A stretch of 64,000 nucleotides of DNA from an uncultured Candidatus Saccharibacteria bacterium (GTDB taxonomy: Bacteria > Patescibacteriota > Minisyncoccia > Phycocordibacterales > UBA918). The stretch's first letter is position 1, and each line of letters opens with the position of its first letter. The translations under genes and the position numbers were made by a program. The stretch covers positions 73,339 through 137,338 of the forward strand of contig CAZRNZ010000002.1 of the NCBI GenBank assembly GCA_964601615.1, written 5' to 3'. Of the stretch, positions 28,981 to 37,486 are shown piece after piece. The notes under the pieces were generated by a model, which was not told the DNA's origin, did not search any database, and was given only the letters and a program-made list of their open reading frames with translations.

Positions 28981-30723
28981 TTATTGTGCTCTTTCGATGG
29001 AGTTTATAAATGATTCTTTATTGTTGGCTATTATGAGTATGCGTTGATTAGTAAAACCATAAGTAATCCCCTCTTCTCCGTTGTCATACTGAAGGACTCG
29101 TACATCATGGTTTTGTACAATCTGATCCGCAAAACCAATAGCATTTGGAGTGGTTGTGCTGTTACTTTGCGGACTATCAAAAACACCAAGATTATTGATA
29201 ATACCACTCTCAGCAGAAAGTATTCCACCAAAGGCTGTATCAAATGAAGAAAATTTAATAATTATCAGTGGATTATTCTGATACTTTGCTATTGTTATTT
29301 TCTCAATATTTCTAGTAAATGAACCACTAACTTGAATGTTTACAGCTCGCAATATTTCTTCAGTGTTTGCAATTATTGAATTGTTTGTTGTTAGATTAAA
29401 AATAACAAAGTCAGATTGAGATCCTGTTGATTGAATTTGCTGTTTGAAATTATCTGTACTAATACCAGATATATTTATGTTGTTGGTTTCGTAAGTCGGT
29501 GCTGTTGTTGGATTTGTTGATACTGGAAGATTTGTGGGATTTGATGTGACTGGCGTAGTAGTTTTGTTCAGGTTAATAAACCACCAGACCCCAAATACGC
29601 CACCAGATGACGCGATAATTATAACTAAAGCAATAGCACTATAAATTGCCAACTGATTCAACTGGCCAAAATTTCTGATATTGTTTTCTTTTGGCTCTGC
29701 TTTATTTACTATAGGGTCTGCTGGTGCAGGTTCTATAATTTCTGGTTTTGAGACTGATATAGGAGTAGTTGTTTCTGTAACAGGTATTTCAATTGAATTA
29801 TGAATAATTGCTGGCTGAGTAGATTCCTTTTCAGGAAGTATTGGTATTACCGGAGTTGATTTTGGTGTTTGTAAGATTTCCTTAGTTGGAGTAGCAATTT
29901 CCTTTGTATTAATCTTAAATTCTGATGCTGGGGCATCAAAATGTGACCAACTCGGTTTAATTTCTTTCTTTTCTTTTATTGATACAGATTTGGTGGCAAC
30001 CTCTTTATCTCCAGTTTCGGTTGGTTTGTTAGTCGGTATTTTAGAAGCAAGTTTTTTATAATCATCTTTTGGTGCTAAAGCGCTTTGCCTCGAAGCTTTT
30101 TCGACAATTTCCTTGCGCTCCTCTATAGAGCGAACTGTCGGGATTGCTTTTCTTCTATTTTCAGCTTTTATTTCGATAGCTGTTTTTTCTTCATTAAACC
30201 AATATTTAACTGCATCAGCTATTGCAGAAAATAGTCTAAACCGATTATCTTTCTTATCAGAAATAATACTGCCTTCCAGTCCATAATCATCAGAATCGTC
30301 ATAAGTATTAATTTCTTGGGCCGTATTCATTAACGGATTTTCTACCAGCGACCTTGACCCAGTTTTTTCTTGTAGAAAACCCTGGGTTTCTTCTTGTAGA
30401 GTCTTATTAGAACTGGAAATCAAAGGTTTATTTTCCTGAATTATAGGAACTGGTTGTTCTATAATTTGTGCAACAACAGGTTTTATTGTTACCATCTTTT
30501 TCTCTGGTTCTGGCTCTGCTGTTATTGTTTTGATTTCTTCCTTAGTTGGTTTTCTAAAAATTGTAGCGTTTTGATTTAGCTTTTTTTGTTCATTTATTTT
30601 AGATGTTTCCTTACTTTTGGCAGGAGTTGAAGAATTTGGTGCGGGCTCACCTTTTAGTATAGATACATCGCTATGAAAGGTTCGTATCTTCGGAACCTTT
30701 TTAGGTGAGCTATTACCGGACAT
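28981..30723 (-). CDS. Bitopic membrane protein with a K/E/P-rich cytoplasmic N-terminal region and a large extracytoplasmic C-domain
   Basis: 580 aa with a single TM (QLAIYSAIALVIIIASSGGVFGVWWFINL), co-operonic with the dksA-like gene and comM. Confidence 0.5.
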   Translation of the reverse strand: MSGNSSPKKVPKIRTFHSDVSILKGEPAPNSSTPAKSKETSKINEQKKLNQNATIFRKPTKEEIKTITAEPEPEKKMVTIKPVVAQIIEQPVPIIQENKPLISSSNKTLQEETQGFLQEKTGSRSLVENPLMNTAQEINTYDDSDDYGLEGSIISDKKDNRFRLFSAIADAVKYWFNEEKTAIEIKAENRRKAIPTVRSIEERKEIVEKASRQSALAPKDDYKKLASKIPTNKPTETGDKEVATKSVSIKEKKEIKPSWSHFDAPASEFKINTKEIATPTKEILQTPKSTPVIPILPEKESTQPAIIHNSIEIPVTETTTPISVSKPEIIEPAPADPIVNKAEPKENNIRNFGQLNQLAIYSAIALVIIIASSGGVFGVWWFINLNKTTTPVTSNPTNLPVSTNPTTAPTYETNNINISGISTDNFKQQIQSTGSQSDFVIFNLTTNNSIIANTEEILRAVNIQVSGSFTRNIEKITIAKYQNNPLIIIKFSSFDTAFGGILSAESGIINNLGVFDSPQSNSTTTPNAIGFADQIVQNHDVRVLQYDNGEEGITYGFTNQRILIIANNKESFINSIERAQ

Positions 30724-30796
30724 AATAATTATTGTTTATTATCGCATAGTTGTTTGTTTATTATTTTTTAAAATTGTTAATTATGTGGTTTTCATA

Positions 30797-30826
30797 AAAG
30801 AGCGCAGCTTTAGGCTGCGCTCTTTT
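30797..30826 (-). terminator. Terminator of the NYN-domain gene
   Basis: aaaagagcgcagctttaggctgcgctctttt. Confidence 0.65.
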
Positions 30827-30838
30827 ATGATTCTTTGA

Positions 30839-31438
30839 TTACATATCGTCAGTGTCTGTACCAACAACTTTTTGAATAGAAGTTTCTTCTTTGTTATTTT
30901 TCTTCTTTGGTTTTTTTGATGAACGCGGAGCTTTATATCCAATTAAAAACTCTCTTGGGTTTTCATCCATATCAATAAAATCATCAACACTTTCCTGTAA
31001 TTTTTGTGATGATGATCTGCCGAAGCTTATTACTTCAGCCTGACAACCTTGTGATTTCAAATACTCCACTAGTGGAATAAAATCTCCGTCACCAGTGGCA
31101 ATAACAATTGCATCAACCTTGTGTGATATTTTTACGGCATCAATAGCTAAACCAACATCCCAGTCAGCTTTTTTTGCACCACCATAAAATATTTGTAAAT
31201 CCTTAGTTTTGATTTCAATACCAAGTTTTTCTAAGGCTTCAAAAAAGGCGGTCTCTTCTCCCCCTTCAGTATTTACCACATAAGATAGTGCCCTCACTAG
31301 CTTTCTTCCTCCTAGGGCTTTGTTTACAACAGCACCAAAATTTACTTTAGCGTGATAAAGATTTTTTGCACTGTGATAAAGGTTTTGTGTGTCTATAAAA
31401 ATAGCCACACGTTGTTCCGGATGTCTTATTACTGACAT
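30839..31438 (-). CDS. NYN/LabA-like PIN-domain protein
   Basis: VAIFIDTQNLYHSAK ... VIATGDGDFIPLVEYLKSQG pattern of NYN (LabA/DUF88) ribonuclease-like domains. Confidence 0.7.
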   Translation of the reverse strand: MSVIRHPEQRVAIFIDTQNLYHSAKNLYHAKVNFGAVVNKALGGRKLVRALSYVVNTEGGEETAFFEALEKLGIEIKTKDLQIFYGGAKKADWDVGLAIDAVKISHKVDAIVIATGDGDFIPLVEYLKSQGCQAEVISFGRSSSQKLQESVDDFIDMDENPREFLIGYKAPRSSKKPKKKNNKEETSIQKVVGTDTDDM

Positions 31439-31532
31439 ATTTTAATATTTAAAATTTTAGACAAAATACGTTAAATAAATTATGAAAAATTGTACTTTGT
31501 TTTTGTTAAAACCTTCGTCTGATTATAACGCA

Positions 31533-31559
31533 AAAACGCGGTCATCGACCGCGTTTTTG
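31533..31559 (-). terminator. rpsO terminator
   Basis: aaaaacgcggtcatcgaccgcgttttt. Confidence 0.7.
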
Positions 31560-31566
31560 TAAAAAA

Positions 31567-31833
31567 CTATTTCTTCAAACCAAGCTTTCCGAGTAGTTCG
31601 GTGTATGCTTTTTTGTTCTTTCTCTCCAAGTACTTCAGGTGCTTGCGTCTGTCAGCTACCATTTGTAGAAGACCACGACGAGAGTGAAAATCTTTAGCAT
31701 TCTTGCGCAAGTGTGTTGCAAGAGTATTGATTTGCTTAGTAAGAATACCTACTTGTGCCTCAGGTGAACCAGTGTCAGCATCGTGACGACGAGTATCCTT
31801 AAGAGCTTTTTGTTTTTGGTTTTTAGTTAACAT
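31567..31833 (-). CDS. rpsO: 30S ribosomal protein S15
   Basis: 88-aa basic protein, HLRKNAKDFHSRRGLLQMVADRRKHLKYL. Confidence 0.93.
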   Translation of the reverse strand: MLTKNQKQKALKDTRRHDADTGSPEAQVGILTKQINTLATHLRKNAKDFHSRRGLLQMVADRRKHLKYLERKNKKAYTELLGKLGLKK

Positions 31834-31966
31834 GCGGATTCAAAATTTGTGATTGCTCCACTAGATATGGTGGATAATCACGATATGAGTAACCTGCGAA
31901 GGTCATTTATAACTATAGCATATTTTGAAGAAAATTTCAAGCCTGTACTATTTGTCATGGTAACTT

Positions 31967-31998
31967 AAAAGCCCCGCAGCTTTAGCTGCGGGGCTTTT
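31967..31998 (-). terminator. Terminator
   Basis: aaaagccccgcagctttagctgcggggctttt. Confidence 0.7.
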
Positions 31999-32008
31999 AA
32001 GTTAATCA

Positions 32009-32764
32009 TTAAATAAGTACCTCAATTTCTGCTTCGGCGCGTATTTTTTCAATCTCAGCTGCAAAGGCTTGTTGCTTCTTATCAGAAACCATTTGGCTCT
32101 TAATTATTTCAGCAACTTCTTCTAAAGGAGGTACGTCTTCACCGTTAGATTGCTTGATTATATCGTAATAATTACTAACCTCTTCATCCGTAACCGTAAT
32201 AGAATTTGTATCTATTCTAGATTCTAGATATTTATTGATAATAATCCCCTCTTTTATTTCTGTTTCTAGTTGAGATTTTGTAATGTTGTTAGCTTTTAAA
32301 GCTGTTTCCATTGCTTCTTCACTGCCAAAATTCTCAAGAATGGTCTGAATTTCAGACTCAATTTCGCTATCAGAAACTGTTATGTCAGCTTCATGCGCTG
32401 CATCCAACACTAGTTTTCTGTTGATTAGACTATTTACTACCTCATCTTTTACAATATCTGCATCTTCTGTAGTGATAGTTACTCCTTGGTTGGCGTAGTT
32501 AGCAATAAATTGATTTATAGCAGTCCTGTAGTCAGAGCGACTGATTTCTGCACCGTTTACCTTAGCAACAGGGCCTCGACCATTAATGTATAGAGCAGAT
32601 TCAAGGTCAGGAGCAATATCAATATTGTTTGAACTTTTATCTTTTAAGAAAAAATAAGCTCCTCCAGCAACGGCTAGTGCAATTACTAATATAACTATAG
32701 CTATCACTATATTATTGTTCTTCTTAGTAGTTTCTGTTTTTGTTTCTGGTACTGTTTCACTCAT
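32009..32764 (-). CDS. Membrane-anchored SurA/PrsA N-domain-like chaperone (no PPIase domain seen)
   Basis: N-terminal TM then a SurA_N-like helical domain (AKVNGAEISRSDYRTAINQFIANYANQ...). Confidence 0.5.
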   Translation of the reverse strand: MSETVPETKTETTKKNNNIVIAIVILVIALAVAGGAYFFLKDKSSNNIDIAPDLESALYINGRGPVAKVNGAEISRSDYRTAINQFIANYANQGVTITTEDADIVKDEVVNSLINRKLVLDAAHEADITVSDSEIESEIQTILENFGSEEAMETALKANNITKSQLETEIKEGIIINKYLESRIDTNSITVTDEEVSNYYDIIKQSNGEDVPPLEEVAEIIKSQMVSDKKQQAFAAEIEKIRAEAEIEVLI

Positions 32765-32821
32765 AAATCGTTATTTGTTTCTAATTATATGAGAATAATT
32801 GTATCACAAAGTTAGAACGAT

Positions 32822-32852
32822 AAAGCCCCGCGGCCAAGGGCCGCGGGGCTTT
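32822..32852 (-). terminator. cspA terminator
   Basis: aaagccccgcggccaagggccgcggggcttt. Confidence 0.7.
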
Positions 32853-32860
32853 AATGCTAC

Positions 32861-33058
32861 TTAAGCGCGCTGTACATTGATAGCAGATGGTCCTTTCGGT
32901 CCTTCTTCTACTTCAAATGTAACAGTTTCGCCCTCACGTAGATCGTCATACATAACGTCTACTAGAGAACGTGCGTGGAAGAAAACATCCTTGTCTCCCT
33001 CTGCAGGCTTGATAAAACCAAAACCTTTGTCGGTAAGACGTGCAATTGTTCCTGTCAT
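32861..33058 (-). CDS. cspA: Cold-shock protein CspA family
   Basis: GTIARLTDKGFGFIKP ... VFFHARSL are the RNP1/RNP2 motifs. A 197-nt 5-prime UTR upstream is typical of csp mRNAs. Confidence 0.92.
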   Translation of the reverse strand: MTGTIARLTDKGFGFIKPAEGDKDVFFHARSLVDVMYDDLREGETVTFEVEEGPKGPSAINVQRA

Positions 33059-33255
33059 CGAATTCTTTTTGTTTAACTAATTTGTCGGATTTTCATCCGA
33101 ACAAAGTCCTTCTACACCTGTTCTTTCTTCCACGACCTATTTTGTCTCTAGGGACATGAATCGGAAGTGATCCAAGGAGAACTGCTTTGCCTGCTTATTA
33201 AAGCATCTACACAGAAAAACACAATAGTACTTATCTTGATGTTACAATATTCACA

Positions 33256-34320
33256 ATGAGTCAAAAAAAGCTTAAAGCAAAATTTTTTAGATTCAAAAGG
33301 GATTTAACAAAACCTTTTCTGCCTAAAAATTTTGATTTACCGATCAGATCTTTATATGGCGCTGTACTCTTTTCAGCTACCTTGTTTACTGTTTTAACAG
33401 TTTTTACGACTGCTACACTCACGTTTCCCTTAGCTGAACCTGAAATACCGGTAGCACCTTTCCCTGTTGGGGTTGATCCAAATAGTAAAACGATTACAGA
33501 AAATCCTGAACTTGACCATTTTATTGCTAGCTCTGGTAGAGCCAGGTGGCATTTCCCTTCAATCGTTCCTACCGGAAAATTTGCACAATTTATTACTAAA
33601 TTATCCAGAACGTCTTGGTACCAGTTAGCTATTCCTGGAGGCCGTCTATTGGTGATTTTCCCAGGAGAAAGGAAGGAAGAAGTTGCTAAAAACTTTGGTG
33701 ATATTTTACGATGGGATTCTACTGAGAGAAAGGAGTTTTTAAGATTGGTTACAGATTCTGCGCCTGAATTAAATGATGGACAGTTTTTTCCAGAAAGTTA
33801 TTTGGTAGCAGTTGATGCTTCACCAGAAGATGTCGCAAAGCTGGTGATTGAACGTTTTCAGGCAGAAGTCGTTGCGCGCTATGATACAAAAACTGAGGAA
33901 TATCTTCCTATGAGGGAAGCAATTATCATTGCTTCCCTACTCGAGAGAGAAGCTTACGATTTTACTGATATGCGAGAAATATCAGGAGTTATTTGGAATC
34001 GCTTATTCATAGACATGAATTTGCAGCTAGACGCAACCTTGCAATATGCTAGAGGGACTAGGGCAGATTCTTCCAAATGGTGGCCAGTACCAACTCCGGC
34101 AGATAAATATATTGAGTCACCATACAATACATATAAGTATAAAGGTCTACCGCCTGATCCTATTGCCAACCCTTCACTCGAGTCAATTGTTGCTGCACTT
34201 AATCCAATTCAGACAGATTGTCTATTTTATTTTCACGCTAGTGGTGGAAGGTTCTATTGTTCAGAAACCTACGAGGAGCATGTAAGAAAGTTGCGTGAGG
34301 TTTTTGGTCAGGGAAGATAA
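33256..34320 (+). CDS. mltG: Endolytic murein transglycosylase MltG (YceG family)
   Basis: N-terminal TM and a YceG-like domain with YKGLPPDPIANPSLESIVAAL near the C-terminus. Confidence 0.85.
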   Translation: MSQKKLKAKFFRFKRDLTKPFLPKNFDLPIRSLYGAVLFSATLFTVLTVFTTATLTFPLAEPEIPVAPFPVGVDPNSKTITENPELDHFIASSGRARWHFPSIVPTGKFAQFITKLSRTSWYQLAIPGGRLLVIFPGERKEEVAKNFGDILRWDSTERKEFLRLVTDSAPELNDGQFFPESYLVAVDASPEDVAKLVIERFQAEVVARYDTKTEEYLPMREAIIIASLLEREAYDFTDMREISGVIWNRLFIDMNLQLDATLQYARGTRADSSKWWPVPTPADKYIESPYNTYKYKGLPPDPIANPSLESIVAALNPIQTDCLFYFHASGGRFYCSETYEEHVRKLREVFGQGR

Positions 34321-34322
34321 TT

Positions 34323-34351
34323 TGACTTTATTTCTGAAAGGTCTAGAATAC
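34323..34351 (+). promoter_or_regulatory. Sigma-70-like promoter for the downstream ORF-free transcript
   Basis: TTGACT, 16-nt spacer, TAGAAT. Confidence 0.5.
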
Positions 34352-34357
34352 GAATTG

Positions 34358-34685
34358 CCAAAAAGGTGGGAGGTTGCAAAACTGTGAAGATCAACCGTTT
34401 CCCGAAATAGCGTCACCATCTACAATAGATGAGGACAACCTCAAGGCAAAGGGAAAATCGGAGGGAGGAATGCTCCATATTCGTGAAGGTCCCGAAGTTC
34501 TTTAGTTCAGAAAGGTTTATATAACCCACATCGCTCACAGCAACGAAGTGGCAATAGGTCTGAATATTATTTCGGACACGGTTGAAACCGAGACGCCCAA
34601 AGTGCTGCCCAGGGTTTTGTGCACCTGAGTGCAAAATACATGCACCGACCCCGACGATTTTATATTCGTCGGGGTCTTTTTTATT
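34358..34685 (+). ncRNA. Candidate structured ncRNA, family unassigned, about 320 nt between promoter and terminator
   Basis: No plus-strand ORF of 60 aa or more. Consensus promoter upstream and a strong terminator (gaccccgacgattttatattcgtcggggtc plus a T-run) at 34640-34685. The minus-strand 73-aa ORF looks non-genic. Confidence 0.45.
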
Positions 34686-34738
34686 TTATATTGACTAGTT
34701 TTGTATTTATTCTAGGATGATATCCAGATTAGTGATTA

Positions 34739-35023
34739 GTGGAGATTTTCATGTTTACAGAAGACGATCTGCTAAGTTTTTCTAAAGAAGACAGGTTTGA
34801 TACTTATCGTAAATTTTTCACTGCTTATATTTCTGCAGAAGAACTTGATAGCGAAAAGTTGCTTCGTAAATATAGTGGAATTTTATCTAGACTCGAGACT
34901 GTTTGGCTGCTTTCCGTCGCCGATATAAATTGTCTAAAAAACGAAGTGCTAGATAAGAGATCAAGGTCAAGTTTTTTATTGAATGAGTTTGTTGCTGATA
35001 TCGATGAGACTACAATTCATTAA
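34739..35023 (+). CDS. Small hypothetical protein
   Basis: 94-aa ORF followed by a strong terminator. Confidence 0.4.
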   Translation: MEIFMFTEDDLLSFSKEDRFDTYRKFFTAYISAEELDSEKLLRKYSGILSRLETVWLLSVADINCLKNEVLDKRSRSSFLLNEFVADIDETTIH

Positions 35024-35026
35024 TAC

Positions 35027-35059
35027 AAAAGGGCCGGAAGCGAAGCTTCCGGCCCTTTT
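35027..35059. terminator. Bidirectional terminator
   Basis: aaaagggccggaagcgaagcttccggccctttt. Confidence 0.7.
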
Positions 35060-35067
35060 CTTATCCC

Positions 35068-35133
35068 CTACTTCTTTGCCTTGTCTTTCTTTGGTTTCTT
35101 CTTCTCCTTTTTGTGAGTTACTTTTTCTGCCAT
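35068..35133 (-). CDS. Possible 21-aa lysine-rich micro-ORF (MAEKVTHKKEKKKPKKDKAKK)
   Basis: ATG to stop, ending right at the bidirectional terminator. Very low complexity; weak. Confidence 0.15.
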   Translation of the reverse strand: MAEKVTHKKEKKKPKKDKAKK

Positions 35134-35323
35134 ATATTAATTTATTATATTAAATAATTGTACAAACCTGCTTAAAATATTTTGGTTTATTTAGTTTTCA
35201 TTGGTCGAGTATTATCTCTTACTAATTACTTAAATCATATCATGAGAATTATTTTGCATAATTGGGTATAAGTGAATTTGTGTCATATGTTCTACATATA
35301 GATAAATTTGTTAAACTATCTTT

Positions 35324-36115
35324 ATGAAAATATACTCGTGGAACGTTAACGGAATTAGGGCGGTAGATAAAAAAGGATTATTTACCCCTTTTATTATGAA
35401 ACATCAGCCTGATGTGTTGTGTTTGCAAGAAACCAAGGCTTCAAAGGAACAAAGTACGGTAGATTTACCGGAATATGATGAATACTGGAGTTCCGCAGAA
35501 AAGAAAGGTTATTCAGGGACTGCTATTTTTACCAAAATTGCACCCAAAAGTGTCATATATGGTCTTCCGGAAGATGTGAAACAAGAATTTTCCTTATCAG
35601 ATGAATATGGAGATAGTTCTACAGAAGGTCGTGTAACCACAATTGAGCTAGAAAATATCTATGTAGTTTCAGTTTATACACCAAATGCTAAAGACGATTT
35701 GAGTAGATTACCTGTTAGACAAGAGTGGGATAAAGCATTTCTTGCCTATATGAAACAACTTCAGTCTGAGAAACCGGTAGTTTTTTGCGGTGATTTGAAC
35801 GTGGCACATACCGAACTCGATTTAGCTAGACCAAAAGAGAACAAAGGAAAGAAGGGTTTTACGATAGAAGAACGTGAAGGAATCGAGGAAATTATAGAAG
35901 CTGGTTTCACAGATTCATTCAGATTATTTAATAAAGAAAACGGTAACTACACTTGGTGGTCACACTTTGCCAAAGCTAGAGAAAGAAATGTTGGTTGGAG
36001 GATAGATTATGCAATGGTTTCGAAAGATTTGATTCCTTTAGTTAAAAAATCATCCATACATGATGATGTATTTGGTAGTGACCACTGCCCTGTTTCTGTA
36101 GAAATATCTATATAG
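35324..36115 (+). CDS. xth: Exodeoxyribonuclease III (AP endonuclease)
   Basis: MKIYSWNVNGIRA N-terminus, catalytic LCLQETK and DHCPV motifs of the EEP family. Confidence 0.92.
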   Translation: MKIYSWNVNGIRAVDKKGLFTPFIMKHQPDVLCLQETKASKEQSTVDLPEYDEYWSSAEKKGYSGTAIFTKIAPKSVIYGLPEDVKQEFSLSDEYGDSSTEGRVTTIELENIYVVSVYTPNAKDDLSRLPVRQEWDKAFLAYMKQLQSEKPVVFCGDLNVAHTELDLARPKENKGKKGFTIEEREGIEEIIEAGFTDSFRLFNKENGNYTWWSHFAKARERNVGWRIDYAMVSKDLIPLVKKSSIHDDVFGSDHCPVSVEISI

Positions 36116-36119
36116 GACA

Positions 36120-36695
36120 ATAATGTCTTATATAAAAGACAGCTTATCCACAGTTATTCACATTGATGTCCTTTACATAATTTGTAAAGGACATAGAATA
36201 TATTCAGGCCCAGAGAGGGCAGGCATCGCAAGATCCTAAAGAGTTCATTCCACAAGGTTAGAAACCTCCAAAATTCTAACAACGTTCATAACACATTCCC
36301 ACCTAAAGAGTATGTAAAAAATAAAACATTTAAGTACTCAAGTTAAAGAATTCATGATCGAGCTTGTGAGCCGCAAAGAGGGCCTAAGACATTGGTCCCT
36401 CCTTCCGGCTCGCTTGCTTGAAAAAAGTAAAAGTGAATTCTTAGGAATCTACTAAAGATTCCACGCACAGGAGAGAAGTTTATTAGGTACAAAAGTAAGA
36501 GTCGTTAGGTAAATTAGGATCACTCAGTCTTTAGACATAGAGTTCCATCTGAGGCATTTACACCTCGTATAAAAATCCTAAAGGGACTCGAAATAAGTAC
36601 ATTCTGTATGTCGTGAGACATATATCAAGGCCTGGAGAGGTTGGTAGACAAGTTTATTGTCTTCCTACCCCTCCAGGCCTTTTTTATTTATAAAC
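36120..36695 (+). ncRNA. ORF-free, structure-rich region ending in a plus-strand terminator; candidate long ncRNA, family unassigned
   Basis: No ORF of 60 aa or more in any frame over 36116-37015. Perfect hairpin at 36157-36185, a long nested helix at 36366-36424, and a terminator ggcctggagagg...cctctccaggcc plus TTTTTTATTT at 36634-36695. Confidence 0.35.
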
Positions 36696-36962
36696 TTCCA
36701 AAATTAGCGAAATGCTTGGTTTTCAGGATTTTGTATCCCGCGTCGTATGTATGTATACGCCTTGGTTAACAAAATCCCTTAATCCGTCGCCTTTCATCTA
36801 ATTTATGAAAGTTTGTCTTGTAAGAAGAATCTTAAGTTAAAAAATACCTATAAACTATTGCGTTTTATCCAATTTATCAAAGATATATAGGTATTTAATA
36901 TTAGTTCCATGCCTTACTTTCCTTTGCTACGTATCCAGAAAGAAGTCCTGTATAAAATATTT

Positions 36963-36990
36963 AAAAGCAGTACTAATTAGTACTGCTTTT
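36963..36990. terminator. Terminator of the NUDIX gene
   Basis: aaaagcagtactaattagtactgctttt. Confidence 0.65.
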
Positions 36991-37015
36991 ATTTGTTCTA
37001 GCCTTATTACTTGGT

Positions 37016-37480
37016 CTACCGCTTTATTTCTATTAACTTATGTTCCAAGACGGTATCGTTTTCCCCAAATAAAAAATATCCTTTAAATTCAACGCCTTTT
37101 AGTAAAAGAGGTAACCAATAAGTATCATCTGCCCACATATCTTTGTAAGGAATCTCCTCTGTTTTAAACCATTTTGGTAGCATTTCCTCAGTCTCTTCCG
37201 GCTTACCTTCATATTCATCCGTTTTGTAAATATGAACCTCTAATATTTCTGGATTACCAGCAAATTCAAAGTCTAAAACACCAATTTCTTGCAAATTTAT
37301 TGGAGTAACACCACACTCTTCTTGCGTTTCACGAATAGCTGCTTCCTCTAAGGTTTCTCCCTGTTCTAGTTTTCCACCAAAGCCGTTCCATCTCCCTGCA
37401 CCAAAGCCACGCTTCTTCATTCCCAGCAAAATCTGGTCATCTTTCGTAATCATTACCAGAGTAAGAAGCTTTTTGTTCAT
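37016..37480 (-). CDS. NUDIX hydrolase
   Basis: Nudix box GGKLEQGETLEEAAIRETQEECGV. Confidence 0.85.
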   Translation of the reverse strand: MNKKLLTLVMITKDDQILLGMKKRGFGAGRWNGFGGKLEQGETLEEAAIRETQEECGVTPINLQEIGVLDFEFAGNPEILEVHIYKTDEYEGKPEETEEMLPKWFKTEEIPYKDMWADDTYWLPLLLKGVEFKGYFLFGENDTVLEHKLIEIKR

Positions 37481-37486
37481 AAATCA

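Noticed and set aside
34413-34634. 73-aa minus-strand ORF inside the ORF-free region after mltG
   Set aside because: Composition is implausible, there is no RBS, and it is antisense to a unit bounded by a consensus promoter and a terminator. The region is better explained as an ncRNA.
34358-34685. Assignment of the candidate ncRNA as RNase P RNA
   Set aside because: Only short partial matches (GAGGAAUGCUCC, ACGGUUGAAACCGAGAC) were seen. The near-invariant GGUAAGAGCGCACC (P10-P12) block and a clear P4 pairing are absent. It remains unassigned pending a covariance-model search.
36146-36154. Perfect DnaA box TTATCCACA inside the 36-kb ORF-free region
   Set aside because: A single 9-mer match is expected by chance about once in this window size. 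There is no cluster and no AT-rich DUE. The real origin is at 7.9-9.8 kb.
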